The notes below the pieces were generated by a model that did not search any database, was not told the origin of the DNA, and was given only the letters and a program-made list of their open reading frames with translations. The position numbers were made by a program, and so were the translations under genes. Shown piece after piece: positions 29,490-38,498 of a stretch of 64,000 nucleotides of DNA. Numbering within the stretch: the stretch's first letter is position 1; each line of letters opens with the position of its first letter. Origin of the DNA: Caproicibacter sp. (lineage in GTDB: Bacteria; Bacillota; Clostridia; Oscillospirales; Acutalibacteraceae); the NCBI RefSeq assembly GCF_046707225.1, contig NZ_JBJKOP010000036.1:70832-134831 (forward strand), in the 5' to 3' direction.

Positions 29490-29541
29490 TGTAATGATCG
29501 TTACATAATTATATTGTAATGATCATTACAAAAAAAGTCAA
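29490..29541 (-). promoter_or_regulatory. MFS promoter flanked/overlapped by two near-identical 16-bp palindromic operators
   Basis: Minus strand: TTGACT (29536-41), 17 nt, TACAAT (29513-18). Palindromes TGTAATGATCATTACA (29515-30) and TGTAATGATCGTTACA (29490-505), centres 25 bp apart. Confidence 0.65.
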
Positions 29542-29560
29542 GAGAAAAGTTGATTTTCCA

Positions 29561-29595
29561 AAAAAAGAACCCCCGCCGCGAAAATGCGGCGGGGG
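29561..29595 (-). terminator. Intrinsic terminator of the ChrB-N-like gene
   Basis: CCCCCGCCGC / GCGGCGGGGG hairpin followed on the minus strand by a T7 run. Confidence 0.8.
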
Positions 29596-29611
29596 TGAAA
29601 TGCTGATCACT

Positions 29612-30145
29612 TTAAGTGGCGTCCTGTTTAAAAACCTCTTCCGAATACGTTTGAAGCTCCTTTTTTGCCCCTTTTAAAACGTCTGCCGCCGAAGCTTTCA
29701 ACTTGGATTGAAAGTAGTTTTTTCTTCCGATTTTTTCATACCAGCGCTGAAATTTCTTGTATTCTTCTTCGTTCTCGGTAATTTCTGAAAAATTGTAATC
29801 CCCGCAGGAATTTTCATGCTTCAGCTCATCGATCAGCGCCTGACAATTTTTGATAAACTCCCGATATTCCTCGTCGATTTGCCTGGTGAATTCGGAAACG
29901 ATCTCTGTTTCGTCGTCCTCTTCCAAAAACTGAAGCTTTCCCAGAGTTGAGATTCCCCCAAAAGAGATCACTTTTTTTCGAAGGGCTGAAAGGGAGGCGT
30001 GCAAATCATCGCGATAGGGAAGCAGCACAACCCCCTGCTGAAGGAATACCGCCCCGAATTCCTTGATCGCCCTCCATACATAGACCCGGCTGTTGGACCG
30101 GCTGCTGGGCAGTTTATAAGAAAAAATCAGAAATTCCCTGCTCAT
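29612..30145 (-). CDS. ChrB N-terminal-domain-like protein (putative small regulator)
   Basis: 177 aa. FLIFSYKLPSSRSNSRVYVWRAIKEFGAVFLQQGVVLLPY resembles the ChrB N-terminal motif (sLP..s..R...WR.L...GA..L..GV.lLP). The C-terminal half is helical and acidic. Confidence 0.5.
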   Translation of the reverse strand: MSREFLIFSYKLPSSRSNSRVYVWRAIKEFGAVFLQQGVVLLPYRDDLHASLSALRKKVISFGGISTLGKLQFLEEDDETEIVSEFTRQIDEEYREFIKNCQALIDELKHENSCGDYNFSEITENEEEYKKFQRWYEKIGRKNYFQSKLKASAADVLKGAKKELQTYSEEVFKQDAT

Positions 30146-30295
30146 GCTTTCCCACCTTTGGATTCTTTTTTCAATCCGCCTTTTTCAGCGCGGCAGTCTG
30201 GTCCGCTCTGAAGGCCGAAAGAGTTAATTTAAATCATTATAGCATAATTCCGGAGGATAACATATCAAATTCTTAAAACCGGAACGGGAAAGGTG

Positions 30296-30343
30296 TAAAA
30301 AAAGAAAAGCGCCCGCATTCAGAAAAGCTCCGGAATGCGGGCG
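30296..30343 (-). terminator. Intrinsic terminator of the oleate hydratase gene
   Basis: GCGCCCGCATTC / GAATGCGGGCGC hairpin followed on the minus strand by a T-rich run. Confidence 0.75.
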
Positions 30344-30365
30344 CGGCAGTAAGATTAAGATTTCT

Positions 30366-32171
30366 TTATTTGCTGAGCGGAGCCTCGGGATGCAGGACGG
30401 ATTCTTTCAGCGGAACCGTCTGGTCGCGGCCGAGGTACATGTGATAGTACGGCGGATAGGAATTGAGCAGGGTAATCGCCATCTGCCGCAGCTGTTCACC
30501 GTCAAGATTTTTTAAAGCCGGCACGTCGTCCTCCGACAGCTTTTCGGCGGCGGTTTTTCCGGCAAACTTTTTCAGGCGCTCGACGGTGTAACGAATGTCG
30601 TATTTCGACGGGTAAACTTCCAGCATATCCTTTTCGATGCCTGTGAGCTGATAGACAGCCCCTAATCCGGTGCGGACCGACATTTCAACCGTAAAAACAA
30701 CATCCTCGGGCACCTCGACATACTGTCCCAGAAAACCGATGTTCGTGCAGCCGTCCGGAACATTCTTCGGGCGGTCCGAAACCTTTCTTGGCATGAACTG
30801 GCTGGTGATATACGGCATCATGCAGGTGGAGATATAGGAATGGGACAGTACTTCGTCCTTGATGTCGAGCATATTCAAATGATAGAGAAGCTCTGTCATG
30901 ATTTCCTCGCCGGTGCATTCGCACATGGGCTTTTTCACATAGTTGCCTACGTTTTCACCGTAGCAGCCGTATCCCCACATGACCTGTTCGTCATCCTTCT
31001 GGTCAAGGAAGAACGGATTGTGGTGCAGCTCGAAGGACATATCCCAGTTGGAATCCAAAATTGTGATTGCGCCGCCGGTTCCGGCCTTGCTGCCGGTCAT
31101 TTTCTCGATTCTGCTGACAAGCTCCGGGTAGCCCTTGATGGTGGGCATGAACGAAACCCATTTTGTCTTGTCGATCTGGCCGATGAATTTTTCCGGATGA
31201 CCGAATTTCTCATTCTTTTTGGCAAGATTCTGCCAGAGCGTAAAGGCTCCGAGGTCGGCGGTATCGCGGTTGATCGGAGCGACCGTTTTGTTGTCGCCAA
31301 AGGCGCTGTTGGTTGTCATTGAGCCGTTTGTGATCAGAACCAGATCCCGATCGTCAAGACGGATGACGGACTCCTCTCCGTTTTGGCGGAGCAAGATGGC
31401 TTTTGCAGTGTTGCAGGCGTCGTCCATCTCAAGGTCGTACACCCAGCAGCCGTAAGCCGTTTTCACGCCCTTGTTGCAGAGCCAGGTCATCAGGGGGCGG
31501 ATCATGGCGTCATATTCACAGTACTTCGTGTGAATGATTCCCTCAAGGTATTCGTGACGGACTTCGAGGGCAAAACGCTGAAAATACCGCTGGCATTCCA
31601 GCGCGCTGTGGTAGGTCTTAAACGCAAGACAGCTGTGAAAGTTGATCCAGCAGCTGCTGTGAAAGAAAGACTCGTCAAAAAAATCTGCAATCTTCTTGTC
31701 TTCCAGAGCCGACTCGGGCAGGCTGAGAAAACGCTGCATGTCGGCCATGTCCTTGGGGGAGAAGCGGTAATCATGGACCTTGCTGTACCGTTCGCCCCGG
31801 TTCAGAATCACACGGCATTCGGAGTGAATCGGCTCGTCACGGTTGAAATCCACAATGTCGTCCAGCACCGTGCGTCCCTTGTTTTCCAGTGAAGGGATTT
31901 TACTGTACAGATACCAGAGGCATTCCATGTACGGCTCCATCTCGCGCTCGCCGCGGCACAGGTAACCGAATTCGTTTCGCATGCCGTCCATGCTGCCGCC
32001 CACATCGTCGCGTTTTTCCAAGATCGTGATGTTTTCTCCGGGCATGCCGGCGTCGTCAATCAGGAATGCCGCCGCCGCCAGACCGGCCAGACCTCCGCCG
32101 ACGATGTAAGCCTTTTGCTTTTCAATGCCTTCCGGCTTTTTCGGCCGATACATGGTCCTGTAAATGTTCAT
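30366..32171 (-). CDS. ohyA: Oleate hydratase (MCRA / 67-kDa myosin-cross-reactive-antigen family, FAD-dependent)
   Basis: 601 aa. AYIVGGGLAGLAAAAFLIDD FAD fold. GGSMDG...GYLCRGEREME, characteristic of MCRA hydratases. Confidence 0.85.
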   Translation of the reverse strand: MNIYRTMYRPKKPEGIEKQKAYIVGGGLAGLAAAAFLIDDAGMPGENITILEKRDDVGGSMDGMRNEFGYLCRGEREMEPYMECLWYLYSKIPSLENKGRTVLDDIVDFNRDEPIHSECRVILNRGERYSKVHDYRFSPKDMADMQRFLSLPESALEDKKIADFFDESFFHSSCWINFHSCLAFKTYHSALECQRYFQRFALEVRHEYLEGIIHTKYCEYDAMIRPLMTWLCNKGVKTAYGCWVYDLEMDDACNTAKAILLRQNGEESVIRLDDRDLVLITNGSMTTNSAFGDNKTVAPINRDTADLGAFTLWQNLAKKNEKFGHPEKFIGQIDKTKWVSFMPTIKGYPELVSRIEKMTGSKAGTGGAITILDSNWDMSFELHHNPFFLDQKDDEQVMWGYGCYGENVGNYVKKPMCECTGEEIMTELLYHLNMLDIKDEVLSHSYISTCMMPYITSQFMPRKVSDRPKNVPDGCTNIGFLGQYVEVPEDVVFTVEMSVRTGLGAVYQLTGIEKDMLEVYPSKYDIRYTVERLKKFAGKTAAEKLSEDDVPALKNLDGEQLRQMAITLLNSYPPYYHMYLGRDQTVPLKESVLHPEAPLSK

Positions 32172-32255
32172 ACATGACAGCTCCTTTTCGTGTAAATTCT
32201 GAGGGGTGAACCCTCATTACGATCAAAGTATAACACTGGGACCGCCGGAGAGGAA

Positions 32256-32310
32256 TTGACAGACGGTTTCATGTGTCAAGAAATTTTTACAGACCCTTTC
32301 GCCTGTAAAA
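32256..32310. promoter_or_regulatory. Two inverted repeats in the ohyA/tetR divergent region (candidate TetR operators)
   Basis: TTGACA-N12-TGTCAA (32256-79) and TTTTACAG-N10-CTGTAAAA (32285-310). Confidence 0.4.
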
Positions 32311-32396
32311 GGAAAAATCTTTTGTTCATATCAATGTAAAAAAAGTATTATATGGTAAATAAGTTCCTACTCCAACAATCAAAGGCAGATGATAAC

Positions 32397-32951
32397 ATGC
32401 TGAAAAATGCGAAGGAAGTTTTTGCGGATTCCCTGAAAAAGATGCTTGAAAAAAAGACGCTCGACCATATTACCGTGAAGGATCTTGTGGAGGACTGCGG
32501 CGTAACCCGCCAGGCGTTTTACTATCATTTTTCGGATATTTACGCCCTTGTGGAATGGATTTTTATTGAAGAGGCTTCCGCGGCTCTTGCCAATAACCGG
32601 GATATCGACACCTGGCAGCAGGGTTATTGCAGGGTCCTGCAAAGAATGAAGAAGAACAAAAATCTTGTTTTGAATACCTACCGTTCCATCAGCCGCGAAT
32701 ATCTGGAGACATTTATGTACAAGGTTCTGTATCAGGTGATCTTTCCGGTTGTCGAGGAACAGGCGAAAGGCTTGAATGTTGAAAAGAGACATAAGGAGTT
32801 TATCGCGCATTTTTACAGCCTTGCCGTTGTTGCAATGGGAATCGACTGGGTCCGTACGGGAATGAAAGAGGATCCGGAGGAAATAGCCGAGCAGGTTGCC
32901 GTCCTGGTAAAAGGGGATTTTCAAAAGGTGCTGAAACAATACGCCACCTGA
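32397..32951 (+). CDS. TetR-family regulator (DhaS-like subgroup)
   Basis: ITVKDLVEDCGVTRQAFYYHFSDIYALVEWIF. Start chosen at MLKNAKE (ATG 32397) by alignment with the paralogue at 59486. Confidence 0.8.
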   Translation: MLKNAKEVFADSLKKMLEKKTLDHITVKDLVEDCGVTRQAFYYHFSDIYALVEWIFIEEASAALANNRDIDTWQQGYCRVLQRMKKNKNLVLNTYRSISREYLETFMYKVLYQVIFPVVEEQAKGLNVEKRHKEFIAHFYSLAVVAMGIDWVRTGMKEDPEEIAEQVAVLVKGDFQKVLKQYAT

Positions 32952-33186
32952 CGCCTGTCGGTTCAGATTCAGCGGAGGCGGTTTGTTTGCGGATCGAACA
33001 GGCGCCGGACAAGTTTCGGACCTCAAAATTTCGGCTTGATGCATGCGTGTGCCTGCTGCTGCCGAAAATGCCTCTTCGTGGCACCGCATACCGGAAGGAA
33101 CCGAGTGGAACGAAAGCCGGCAGGGAAATTTTAAGGAAAAACAGAATCCCTGCCGTTTGATTCATTAGAATATAGGAGAGAGAAAT

Positions 33187-34056
33187 ATGACATACACGGG
33201 AGTGATATACCGGCCGCCGAGCGAAGCGCGAAGCCTGATTGTGCAGGTTACGACCGGCTGTTCCCACAACCGCTGCCGTTTTTGCACGATGTATCGGGAC
33301 AAGGAATTCAAAATCCGAAGCATGGAAGACATCAGGCGGGACTTTTGCGAAGCCCGCGAGCAATACGGAGACCAAATCGAAAAAGTGTTTTTGTCCGACG
33401 GGGACGCTTTGGTGCTGTCCGGCCAAAGGCTGATGGAATTGCTTGCTTTTATTCGGGGCCTGTTTCCCCGACTGAGGTCCGTTACATCCTATGGAACTCC
33501 GAAGGATATTCTGAGGCATTCGCCCGCGGAACTGAATATGCTCCGGCAGGAGGGCCTGTTGATGGTTTATCTTGGGGCGGAGTCGGGGGACGCCCTGGTC
33601 TTGAGCCAAATGGAAAAGGGCGCAACCAGAGAGGAAATCATTGAAGCTGGTCAAAGGCTGAAATCCGCGGGAATTCAGTCTTCGGTTACGCTGATTTCCG
33701 GTCTGGGAGGAAGGGAGAGGTTGAGCGAACACGCCATAGGGTCCGCGGATTTAATCAGCCGGATGAATCCCGACTATGTTGGGTTCCTGACGTTAATGCT
33801 GGAGAAGGGCGCGCCGGTTCTGCAGGATATTGAAGAGGGAAAATTGGAACTGTTAACTCCCGAAGGGGTTGTAACCGAAATGGAATTGTTCTTACGGAAT
33901 GTGAACTCGGAAGGTACTGTTTTTCGGGCAAATCATGCATCGAATTATGTGATGCTGAAAGGGACTTTAAATCGCGATATTCCCATGATGCTGAACGAGC
34001 TTGATGAGGTAAGAAGAGAAAAATTGTTTCGCAAAGAAAACTGGCGCCGACTTTAA
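33187..34056 (+). CDS. Radical SAM protein with a non-canonical CX4CX2C cluster motif
   Basis: 289 aa. YRPPSEARSLIVQVTTGCSHNRCRFCTMY; FLSDGDAL; GAESG. TIM-barrel-like periodicity. Confidence 0.7.
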   Translation: MTYTGVIYRPPSEARSLIVQVTTGCSHNRCRFCTMYRDKEFKIRSMEDIRRDFCEAREQYGDQIEKVFLSDGDALVLSGQRLMELLAFIRGLFPRLRSVTSYGTPKDILRHSPAELNMLRQEGLLMVYLGAESGDALVLSQMEKGATREEIIEAGQRLKSAGIQSSVTLISGLGGRERLSEHAIGSADLISRMNPDYVGFLTLMLEKGAPVLQDIEEGKLELLTPEGVVTEMELFLRNVNSEGTVFRANHASNYVMLKGTLNRDIPMMLNELDEVRREKLFRKENWRRL

Positions 34057-34108
34057 GATTGAAAAGGACGGGAATTTCCCAAAGTCCTGTTTGGAGGAAG
34101 AAGAGAAA

Positions 34109-34675
34109 ATGGAATTTCTGGACATTGTGGATGAGGACGGGAACCCAACGGGCGAGACGGTATCACGCGAAGCCGCTCACCGGCTTGGTGTTCGCCACCG
34201 TACCTCTCACGTGTGGATTCTGAGGATGCGGGAGGGAAAAAGGCAGGTTCTTCTTCAGAAAAGAAGTTTTCATAAGGACTCGTATCCCGGGTGCTACGAT
34301 ATTTCGAGCGCAGGGCATGTTCCCGCCGGAGACGGTTTCTTGCAGTCGGCGTTGAGAGAATTAAAGGAAGAGCTTGGAGTAAACGCCGTTGAGAAGGAAC
34401 TGATTTATTGCGGATGCCGCCGGTTCGAGTACCGCGGGCAGTTTCACGGTCATGAGTTCCGGGACAATCAGGTCAGTAATGTATATGCGCTCTGGAAAAA
34501 TCCGGGGGACGGAGAGTTTGTTTTACAGAAATCTGAAGTTGATTCAGTGGTGTGGATGAATTGGGACGCCTGCGTTGATCTGGTGAAAAACAGCAAAGCT
34601 CCTCATTGCATTCGGCTGGAGGAATTGGAAATGATTCAAAGAGCCTGTTGCACGGAGCCCGGAAAAGAACGCTGA
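34109..34675 (+). CDS. Nudix hydrolase
   Basis: Nudix box GHVPAGDGFLQSALRELKEELGV. Start at MEFLDIV (GGAGGA RBS). Confidence 0.85.
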   Translation: MEFLDIVDEDGNPTGETVSREAAHRLGVRHRTSHVWILRMREGKRQVLLQKRSFHKDSYPGCYDISSAGHVPAGDGFLQSALRELKEELGVNAVEKELIYCGCRRFEYRGQFHGHEFRDNQVSNVYALWKNPGDGEFVLQKSEVDSVVWMNWDACVDLVKNSKAPHCIRLEELEMIQRACCTEPGKER

Positions 34676-34809
34676 ACCCTTCTTCCCGTGGCCGCCTGTG
34701 CTGAGGGAAAGCTGGAAAACCCGGGAGGCAGCCTCTGCTTTTAGGAACAGGGCGATGCTGCCGCCAAAGGTACGAAAACCGAAATTTCTCCTATGCTTAT
34801 ATAAAAGAT

Positions 34810-34845
34810 AACCCATGCGCAAACAGTGCTGTCTGCGCATGGGTT
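34810..34845. terminator. Bidirectional terminator between the Nudix gene and the aldolase/epimerase gene
   Basis: AACCCATGCGCA / TGCGCATGGGTT hairpin with A/T-rich flanks. Confidence 0.7.
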
Positions 34846-34881
34846 ATTGCTTTATTTCAGGGCGGCTCTGTCCGCGGTTGG

Positions 34882-35556
34882 TCAGACGCGCCCGAGGAGT
34901 TCCTTCGGAATTTCACCGTGAGCCTGACCGACAAACTTGTAGATTTCCACGGTCTGCTTGATCTGCGCGTCGGTCAGATGACGAATCGGGCTGACTGCGC
35001 GGGCGGCAAGATAGCCTTTGGCGCATTCTTCCAGATAAACCGCGGCGTTGAGAGCCTGCTTCATGGAATCTCCGGTCGTCATGACTCCGTGATGCGCCAA
35101 AATAACCGCGTGGCCGTCGCCCAAAAATTGGACGGTGTCGATGCCCATTTGTTCGCTGCCGGGGGAGCTGTAAGGGGCCACCGGGACGTTGCCGCCGCAG
35201 GCGTTGCCCAAAGTTGTAAGGTCGGCGTGGAATTCGTCCTGAATCAGGCCGATTGCGGTTGCGTAAGGCTGATGCGTGTGGATGACCGCGTTCACATCCT
35301 GTCTGTGATTAAAAATGTACAGAATGGCGGCTGTGTCCGACGACGGCTTGCGATTGCCCTCGATGACTTTTCCCTCTAGGTCCATCACGATCACGTCGTC
35401 CGCCTTCATGTCCTCATAGATCATTCCGGACGGCGTAATCAGGATTTCGCCGGATGGCTGGCGGAGACTCAAATTGCCTCCCGCGAGAGAAATCAGTCCG
35501 TAGCGGTCCAGACTCATGCCTGCCTTGATCATTTCCATTTTTTCTGTTTCAAACAT
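34882..35556 (-). CDS. Class II aldolase/adducin-family enzyme (L-ribulose-5-P 4-epimerase/AraD-like)
   Basis: GGNLSLR...VIHTHQPYATAIG...ILAHHGVMTTG. Start at MFETEK (GAGGAGG RBS). Confidence 0.75.
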   Translation of the reverse strand: MFETEKMEMIKAGMSLDRYGLISLAGGNLSLRQPSGEILITPSGMIYEDMKADDVIVMDLEGKVIEGNRKPSSDTAAILYIFNHRQDVNAVIHTHQPYATAIGLIQDEFHADLTTLGNACGGNVPVAPYSSPGSEQMGIDTVQFLGDGHAVILAHHGVMTTGDSMKQALNAAVYLEECAKGYLAARAVSPIRHLTDAQIKQTVEIYKFVGQAHGEIPKELLGRV

Positions 35557-35567
35557 AGTAAACCTCC

Positions 35568-36233
35568 TCAATCTTTTATAAAAAGGGGCAGCAGCTCCTC
35601 GGGTGAGCGCACAATCCAGTCAGGCTCATACGCGGAAAGGGAGCGCGGGTCCTGGTAACCCCAGGCAACGGCAGCCAAGGGCACGCCCGCAGCCCGCGCT
35701 GTCCTCATATCCACGTCGGTGTCGCCGACGAACAGGCATTCCTCCCGGCTCAGGCTGAGGGATTGAATCAAATGCAGCAGCGAACGCGGGTCCGGCTTTG
35801 AAATCGTGTCGGGTGTCTGGCCCGCGACCGAATTCAGAAGTCCGGGAAAAAAGGAAGAGACGACCTGTTCGGCCAGCGGCGCCGGTTTGTTGGTGAGTAC
35901 GGCCGTCGCCGTTCCGCGGCGCCGGAGCTCGCGGAGCAGCTCCGGAATGCCGGGAAACGGACTCGTTTGCGCACAGGGGTCTTTCAGGTATATTTCCAGA
36001 TCATATTGACGAATCGGCTCCACTAACTCCGCCGATCGGTCGTCCGGGCAGCCGCCCAACTGCAAAAGTCGAGGATAAAATTCCGCGATTGGCAGGCGGC
36101 ACAGGCCGCGGCACTGTTCGGCGGAAACCGGACTCAGGCTGAAGTGTGCGAGCGAAGCGTTGCAGCAGCGGCACAGGGTTGGGAGAGTGTCCAGCAGGGT
36201 TCCGTCAAGGTCGAAAATACAGGCCCTGAACAT
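35568..36233 (-). CDS. HAD-superfamily phosphatase (phosphoglycolate-phosphatase-like)
   Basis: 221 aa. IFDLDGTLLDT, VLTNK, FVGDTDVDMRTARAAG. Confidence 0.8.
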   Translation of the reverse strand: MFRACIFDLDGTLLDTLPTLCRCCNASLAHFSLSPVSAEQCRGLCRLPIAEFYPRLLQLGGCPDDRSAELVEPIRQYDLEIYLKDPCAQTSPFPGIPELLRELRRRGTATAVLTNKPAPLAEQVVSSFFPGLLNSVAGQTPDTISKPDPRSLLHLIQSLSLSREECLFVGDTDVDMRTARAAGVPLAAVAWGYQDPRSLSAYEPDWIVRSPEELLPLFIKD

Positions 36234-36236
36234 TCC

Positions 36237-37226
36237 TTATACCGCGGAGAAATCCTCGAAGCGAATTTCCTCAAGGTCTTTTTCGCTGATTTCGAAGGAT
36301 TTTCCCATCAGGTTTTCGACCGCGCCGATCAGCGTCATGGCATCCATCTTGTATTTTTTGAGCAGGTACATTTTTGAAGCGCCGTGCGCGTAGGTGTCCT
36401 GCAGGCCGACCTTCACCAGCTTTTTGCCGATTCCGTGCTCGGCCATCACGTCTGCGACCGCCGAGCCCAGACCGCCGATCACGGTTCCGTTTTCAATGGT
36501 GACGACGCCGTATTTTGTCTTTTGGCACGCTTCCACTACTTGCGGGTCCGTGAAGGGCTTCAGCGTGGAGACATGCAGGTGCCGGATGGAAACTCCTTTT
36601 TCCCGGAGCGCGGCGGTCGCGCGCATAGCTTCCTCCGTGCAGACAGAGGAAGAGAGCAGCGTAATGTCCGTTCCCTCTGAAAGGATGCGTGCGTGGTTGA
36701 AGCGAATCGGCTCGTCCGCCGGGAAGAAACGGGGGACTTCCTTGCGGAGCATCCGGATAAACACGGGGCCGTTGTAGCTGTAGGCGAGGTCGAGAACCCC
36801 CTCGATCTCCGTCGCGTCCCCAATGTCGAAGATGGCGAGGTTTGGAACCGTGCGCAGCACGCCCACATCATTTGTGGACTGATGCGTTACGCCGCCCGGC
36901 GTGGTGATTCCCGGGACAAAGCCGACAAAAACCACGGGGAGATTCGGGTAGGCCACGCTCATTTCCAGCTGGTCGAGGATGCGTCGGTACAGAAAGACCG
37001 AAAACGTGTGCAGGAACGGACGGAAACCTTCGCGCGCCATACCGGCGGCCCAGGAGCACATGTTCTGCTCCGCGATGCCCATGGAAAAATAGCGGTCTGG
37101 GAAAACCTCGTGGAATTCCTTGATTTCACAGGAGGTTCCCAGGTCCGCAGACATCACGACGACTTCCGGGTGCTCTTTGGCAAGACGAATCATGTTTTTG
37201 GAATGTGTATTCACTTCAATTTTCAT
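36237..37226 (-). CDS. Transketolase, C-terminal (pyrimidine-binding) subunit
   Basis: 329 aa. VVMSADLGTSC...FSMGIAEQNM...THQSTNDV. Confidence 0.85.
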   Translation of the reverse strand: MKIEVNTHSKNMIRLAKEHPEVVVMSADLGTSCEIKEFHEVFPDRYFSMGIAEQNMCSWAAGMAREGFRPFLHTFSVFLYRRILDQLEMSVAYPNLPVVFVGFVPGITTPGGVTHQSTNDVGVLRTVPNLAIFDIGDATEIEGVLDLAYSYNGPVFIRMLRKEVPRFFPADEPIRFNHARILSEGTDITLLSSSVCTEEAMRATAALREKGVSIRHLHVSTLKPFTDPQVVEACQKTKYGVVTIENGTVIGGLGSAVADVMAEHGIGKKLVKVGLQDTYAHGASKMYLLKKYKMDAMTLIGAVENLMGKSFEISEKDLEEIRFEDFSAV

Positions 37227-37248
37227 TGCTTATCACCTCACCCTTTCG

Positions 37249-38151
37249 TTACATCTGCTCGCAGAAAGAGATGAACTCTTCCCGGCGGTCTTTCGGAATT
37301 CTGACAAAATGCTTCGGAACGATGGTCTTCAGCGGAGGAATCCCCTGTGCGGGGTCGGTGTCGCAGAGGACCATCAGCGGCTTTCCCGGATGCGGGGTTT
37401 GCGCCGCTTGTTCCAAAGCTTCAATATCGTGGCCGTTAATCTGCACCACTTCCCAGCCGAACGCCTTCATGCGGTCGGTCAGCGGCTCCGTGTTCATCAC
37501 GTCCTTGGTCCAGCCTTCCACCTGCTGATGGTTGATGTCCGCGTAAACGATGAAGTTGTCCAGGTGATAATAGGCGGCGGCCTGGAAGCATTCCCAGTCC
37601 TGTCCTTCTTCCAGTTCTCCGTCGGAGAGCATGCAGTAGATTTTTCCGGCGTTTCCCTTCAACTTGTACGCGTGGGCCGTGCCCGCTGCAATGGAAACCG
37701 TCTGCCCAAGGGACCCCGCCGTGTTTTCAAAACCGGGGGAGTGTTCCGCTCCGATCATTTCCATATTCCAGCCGTCCGCGTTGAATTTGTCGATGGCGGC
37801 TTGGGAAATGCGTCCGCATTCCGCCAGTGCGCAGTAGATGACGGAGGCGTAATGGCAGCAGGAAACGAACAGGCGGTCCCGATCCGGCGTTTGTTCTCCA
37901 TTGTAAAGGGAACCCTTCGGGTAGTCCATGTTTTGCGCCGAAGGAACTCCCGGAAACAGCTGGGTGTCCGGATTCCCGAGGCTGGGTCCGATGTTCAGGA
38001 TGTTCATGTAGAGGGTGGTGACGATTTCTGCGGAAGAGCAGGCCTGCGTGAGGTAGCAGCCCCCGCGCTCAATCGCCAGACTGAGAATGTGCTTGCGCAC
38101 GTTAGTGGCTGCGCGGGCAATCTCCTCGTTGGAAAATTTTTTGTCCGGCAT
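37249..38151 (-). CDS. Transketolase, N-terminal (TPP-binding) subunit
   Basis: Start at MPDKKF (AAAGGAGA RBS). GSLGQTVSIAAG...CMLSDGELEEGQDWE (TPP motif). Confidence 0.85.
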   Translation of the reverse strand: MPDKKFSNEEIARAATNVRKHILSLAIERGGCYLTQACSSAEIVTTLYMNILNIGPSLGNPDTQLFPGVPSAQNMDYPKGSLYNGEQTPDRDRLFVSCCHYASVIYCALAECGRISQAAIDKFNADGWNMEMIGAEHSPGFENTAGSLGQTVSIAAGTAHAYKLKGNAGKIYCMLSDGELEEGQDWECFQAAAYYHLDNFIVYADINHQQVEGWTKDVMNTEPLTDRMKAFGWEVVQINGHDIEALEQAAQTPHPGKPLMVLCDTDPAQGIPPLKTIVPKHFVRIPKDRREEFISFCEQM

Positions 38152-38388
38152 AATTACAGATCTCCTTTCGACTTTAACTCCGTACGGATGGGTTGACCAA
38201 AAAACCTGGGCAGGGCTTTCTAAGCAAACCGCTTGTTTTCGTGCTGGCCTGACCGGGTAACGGGGCACGACCCGGAAGGTATAATAATTATTTCATATAA
38301 ATGAACATATGTCAATACATAATATTTCATAAATCCATAAAATATATTTAAATAAAACGATTAAAATGTGCAAATTATCAAAAAACAG

Positions 38389-38417
38389 TTGACATTTTAT
38401 CAAAGATTGGGTAAAGT
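38389..38417 (+). promoter_or_regulatory. Candidate sigma-A promoter of the Zn-ADH gene
   Basis: TTGACA (38389-94), 17 nt, TAAAGT (38412-17), inside a 230-bp very AT-rich divergent region. Confidence 0.5.
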
Positions 38418-38498
38418 AAAATTGTGAAAAGATTCATTGGTATGAACATAATTTAATTCAAAGCGCACGAATGGCGGAGAATAGGAGGAATTTAAAGC

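Noticed and set aside
29612-30145. Idea that the ChrB-N-like protein regulates the split chrA pair (20854-21999).
   Set aside because: The genes are 8 kb apart, separated by unrelated loci and a mobile-element remnant. The chrA pair has its own divergent LysR regulator. No shared operator sequence was seen.
33085-33155. Motif GGAACGAAAGCC followed by a GGCAGGGA/TCCCTGCC hairpin upstream of the radical-SAM gene. It is superficially reminiscent of the c-di-GMP-I (GEMM) core GGGACGCAAAGCC.
   Set aside because: Key conserved nucleotides differ (GCAUA instead of GCAAA, and one nucleotide missing in ACGCAAAGC). I could not build the two-hairpin GEMM fold. I kept it only as an unexplained leader hairpin.
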